Part shown: positions 62,139 through 64,000 of the stretch, in pieces
Numbering within the stretch: the stretch's first letter is position 1
Layout of the letters: each line of letters begins with the position of its first letter
Source: Podarcis tiliguerta
Lineage: Eukaryota
Assembly: GCA_965153285.1 (NCBI GenBank)
Contig: OZ229122.1
Length of the DNA: 64,000 nt
Reading direction: 5' to 3' (one strand)
The notes under the pieces: model-generated
The model's database searches: none
What the model was told of the DNA's origin: nothing
The model's input: the letters and a program-made list of their open reading frames with translations, nothing else
Program-made: the position numbers and the translations under genes

Positions 62139-63792
62139 TCTCCCTTTGGATTCTACCCTTGGGTGAGGACAAAAAGATTACTCTGACATCTAGAGCCATT
62201 GGAGAGAAAGTGCGAGCTCTTACCTCAACTTTGACCTTCATATACGTCTCTTGAAGCTGTGGTTTGGAACACAGCAGGTTGAGACACATCTAGTTGCTCA
62301 GCAACAATTCCTACAACTGCTACAATGTCCCAAACATTAGACTCAGAAGCCTTTTTAAAAAGGCCTCCCCATTTAACTGTAGTATTTAGCTAACAGTAAG
62401 GCCTGGTTTCCACATTGCCTTCATTTCATTTCATTCCGTTCCATTTCACTTTTAATTTCTATATTACTATGCACAAGGTGGATTTGCAACAACCAAGTAT
62501 ACGGCAAAGATCACACACCTTATAATAATCTGATCCAATACAAAAAAAGTCATGATAAAAACTTGACTTTACAATAAAAATATCAAATAAAGTAATGTTC
62601 AATAATACATTAGAATATAATAGTACACAGTAACATTAACTCTCAAAATACCAGCAAATAATAATTAAACAAAAATTCACCCTTAGCAATTCCATTGAAT
62701 AATTACTAAAGTATAATCAATAAAAATAACCATCTCACAGTGCATAAAATACCACAGTAGGTCCAAAGGATCAAATTGAGAAACAAAGACACACAACTTA
62801 TAACAACATTTTTAAAAATAACAATCCCTGAACTCTTCTCCCTTCCCAGCTACTTCAGAAGCATGGCTGGTGTCATCCTAACAATTACACCCAGGTCCCT
62901 CATGCAACATGTAAATTTTCTATATAAACCTCTCTGGTGACCTGTATGCTCGTGGAATAATCATAATCAGCGTAGTACAGAATTTCACCTTAATGATACT
63001 GGTGGATGATATATGTTACCCATAGTAGCTGTAGAAGTAATTGTGGTGAGGACATGTTGTTGGATAGCATGTAAACCCAGAAATGCAACATTAAATTATC
63101 CTCAGATAATCAACAACAACCACAAATTCAATTGTACTAATCGTTGGTCTTGAAAACTTAAGAAATAAGACTCCAATATAAAACTCCAATACATACACAG
63201 CGAATAAGGCTAAATAATATGCTAAAAGTTTAAATACTATGTAATTATCATAAAACAATTACCCAATACAATAAAAGCCCCAGTGTAAACTAATGGAAAA
63301 ACCACTTGAAACTGTCAGATGTCTAGTATGATGTTATGCTGGCACTTTCCATTTAGTGCTTTCTTGAAAGTTTTGGGAGTAATTTTATAGAATAATGTTT
63401 GCATTTTGTGTGTTAGTGTGTTTTTCTTGTAAACTGCATAGAAATTTTAATTAAGTAGTATAAAAAAGAAATTATAAATCAGTCAGCAAATTCCTCTTTC
63501 GCTACTGTGGCTTGGGGCCACTTTGGAGCTGAGCTGATCAGTCCCTCTCTCTCTCCTACTTACTGTAGTATATTCCACCCTCCCCTAAAGTGAGCTATTT
63601 AAGTAGAGGCATTAAGCAACAGAGGTCAGGAGGTTAATTAAACATGCAAGGGACTGAAATCGTATTACTCTTAAAAAGCAGAGCTGAGCAAATGGCTAAT
63701 GGCAAGGTGGCCTTTGTGTTGCTGATGGGAGATCACACAAGCACACAAAGCCAACATAGAGGTGGACTTTCTCTTAGAACAGATTGCCTATA

Positions 63793-64000
63793 CAGTGGTA
63801 CCTTGATTTACAAACTTAATTCATTCCGGAAGTCCGTTCTTAAACCAAGGCATGCTTTCCCATAGCAGCGGGGGACTCAATTTACAAATGGAACACACTC
63901 AACATGTTCTGCTTCCAAGGCAAAGTCCACAAATCAAAACACCTACTTACGGGTTTGCAGCGTTCTTAATCCAAGTTGTTCATAAACTAAGCTGTTCTTA
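63793..64000. mobile_element. Tc1/mariner (Tigger-like) MITE, cut by window end
   Basis: TA + CAGTGGTACCT terminus followed by TTCCGGAAGTCCGTTC subterminal motif. Confidence 0.7.

Noticed and set aside
62415-63290. Strongly A-rich block starting with (ATTTC)n, possibly an antisense LINE 3'UTR
   Set aside because: No coding motif or TSD recognised, so no family can be assigned without a database search
56258-64000. FBXL20 exon 3 (IFSFLDVVTLCRCAQVSR)
   Set aside because: Searched by eye and not found; presumably beyond the window end

Overview
Eukaryotic genomic DNA from a squamate reptile, probably a lacertid lizard (four full-length Sauria/Squam1 SINEs, Squam3 SINEs, BovB, CR1 and L2 LINEs). 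The window holds the complete coding region of MED1 on the + strand. I traced 17 coding exons by hand from ATG 182 to TGA 23543: 4779 nt, 1592 aa, all introns GT-AG, with consistent phases. A ~2.8-3.2 kb 3'UTR follows. Next come the CpG-island promoter and first two coding exons of FBXL20 (29980-30021, 56196-56257); the rest of that gene lies beyond the window. The tandem MED1-FBXL20 order matches mammals. Introns carry many transposon copies, several with readable target-site duplications (TSDs). Most notable: (1) two dissimilar antisense solo-LTR-like elements whose own strand is open from the same position (T-GTC-AGG, Val-Arg) and ends in an Arg-rich + L-x-W motif, suggesting a protein-coding U3; (2) a cryptic poison-exon acceptor created by one LTR end plus its TSD; (3) a candidate alternative first coding exon of FBXL20; (4) a uORF whose stop overlaps the MED1 start codon; (5) a Ser20 tract in the MED1 disordered region. 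Family names come from recalled consensus features, not database searches. Boundaries of old repeats are approximate.
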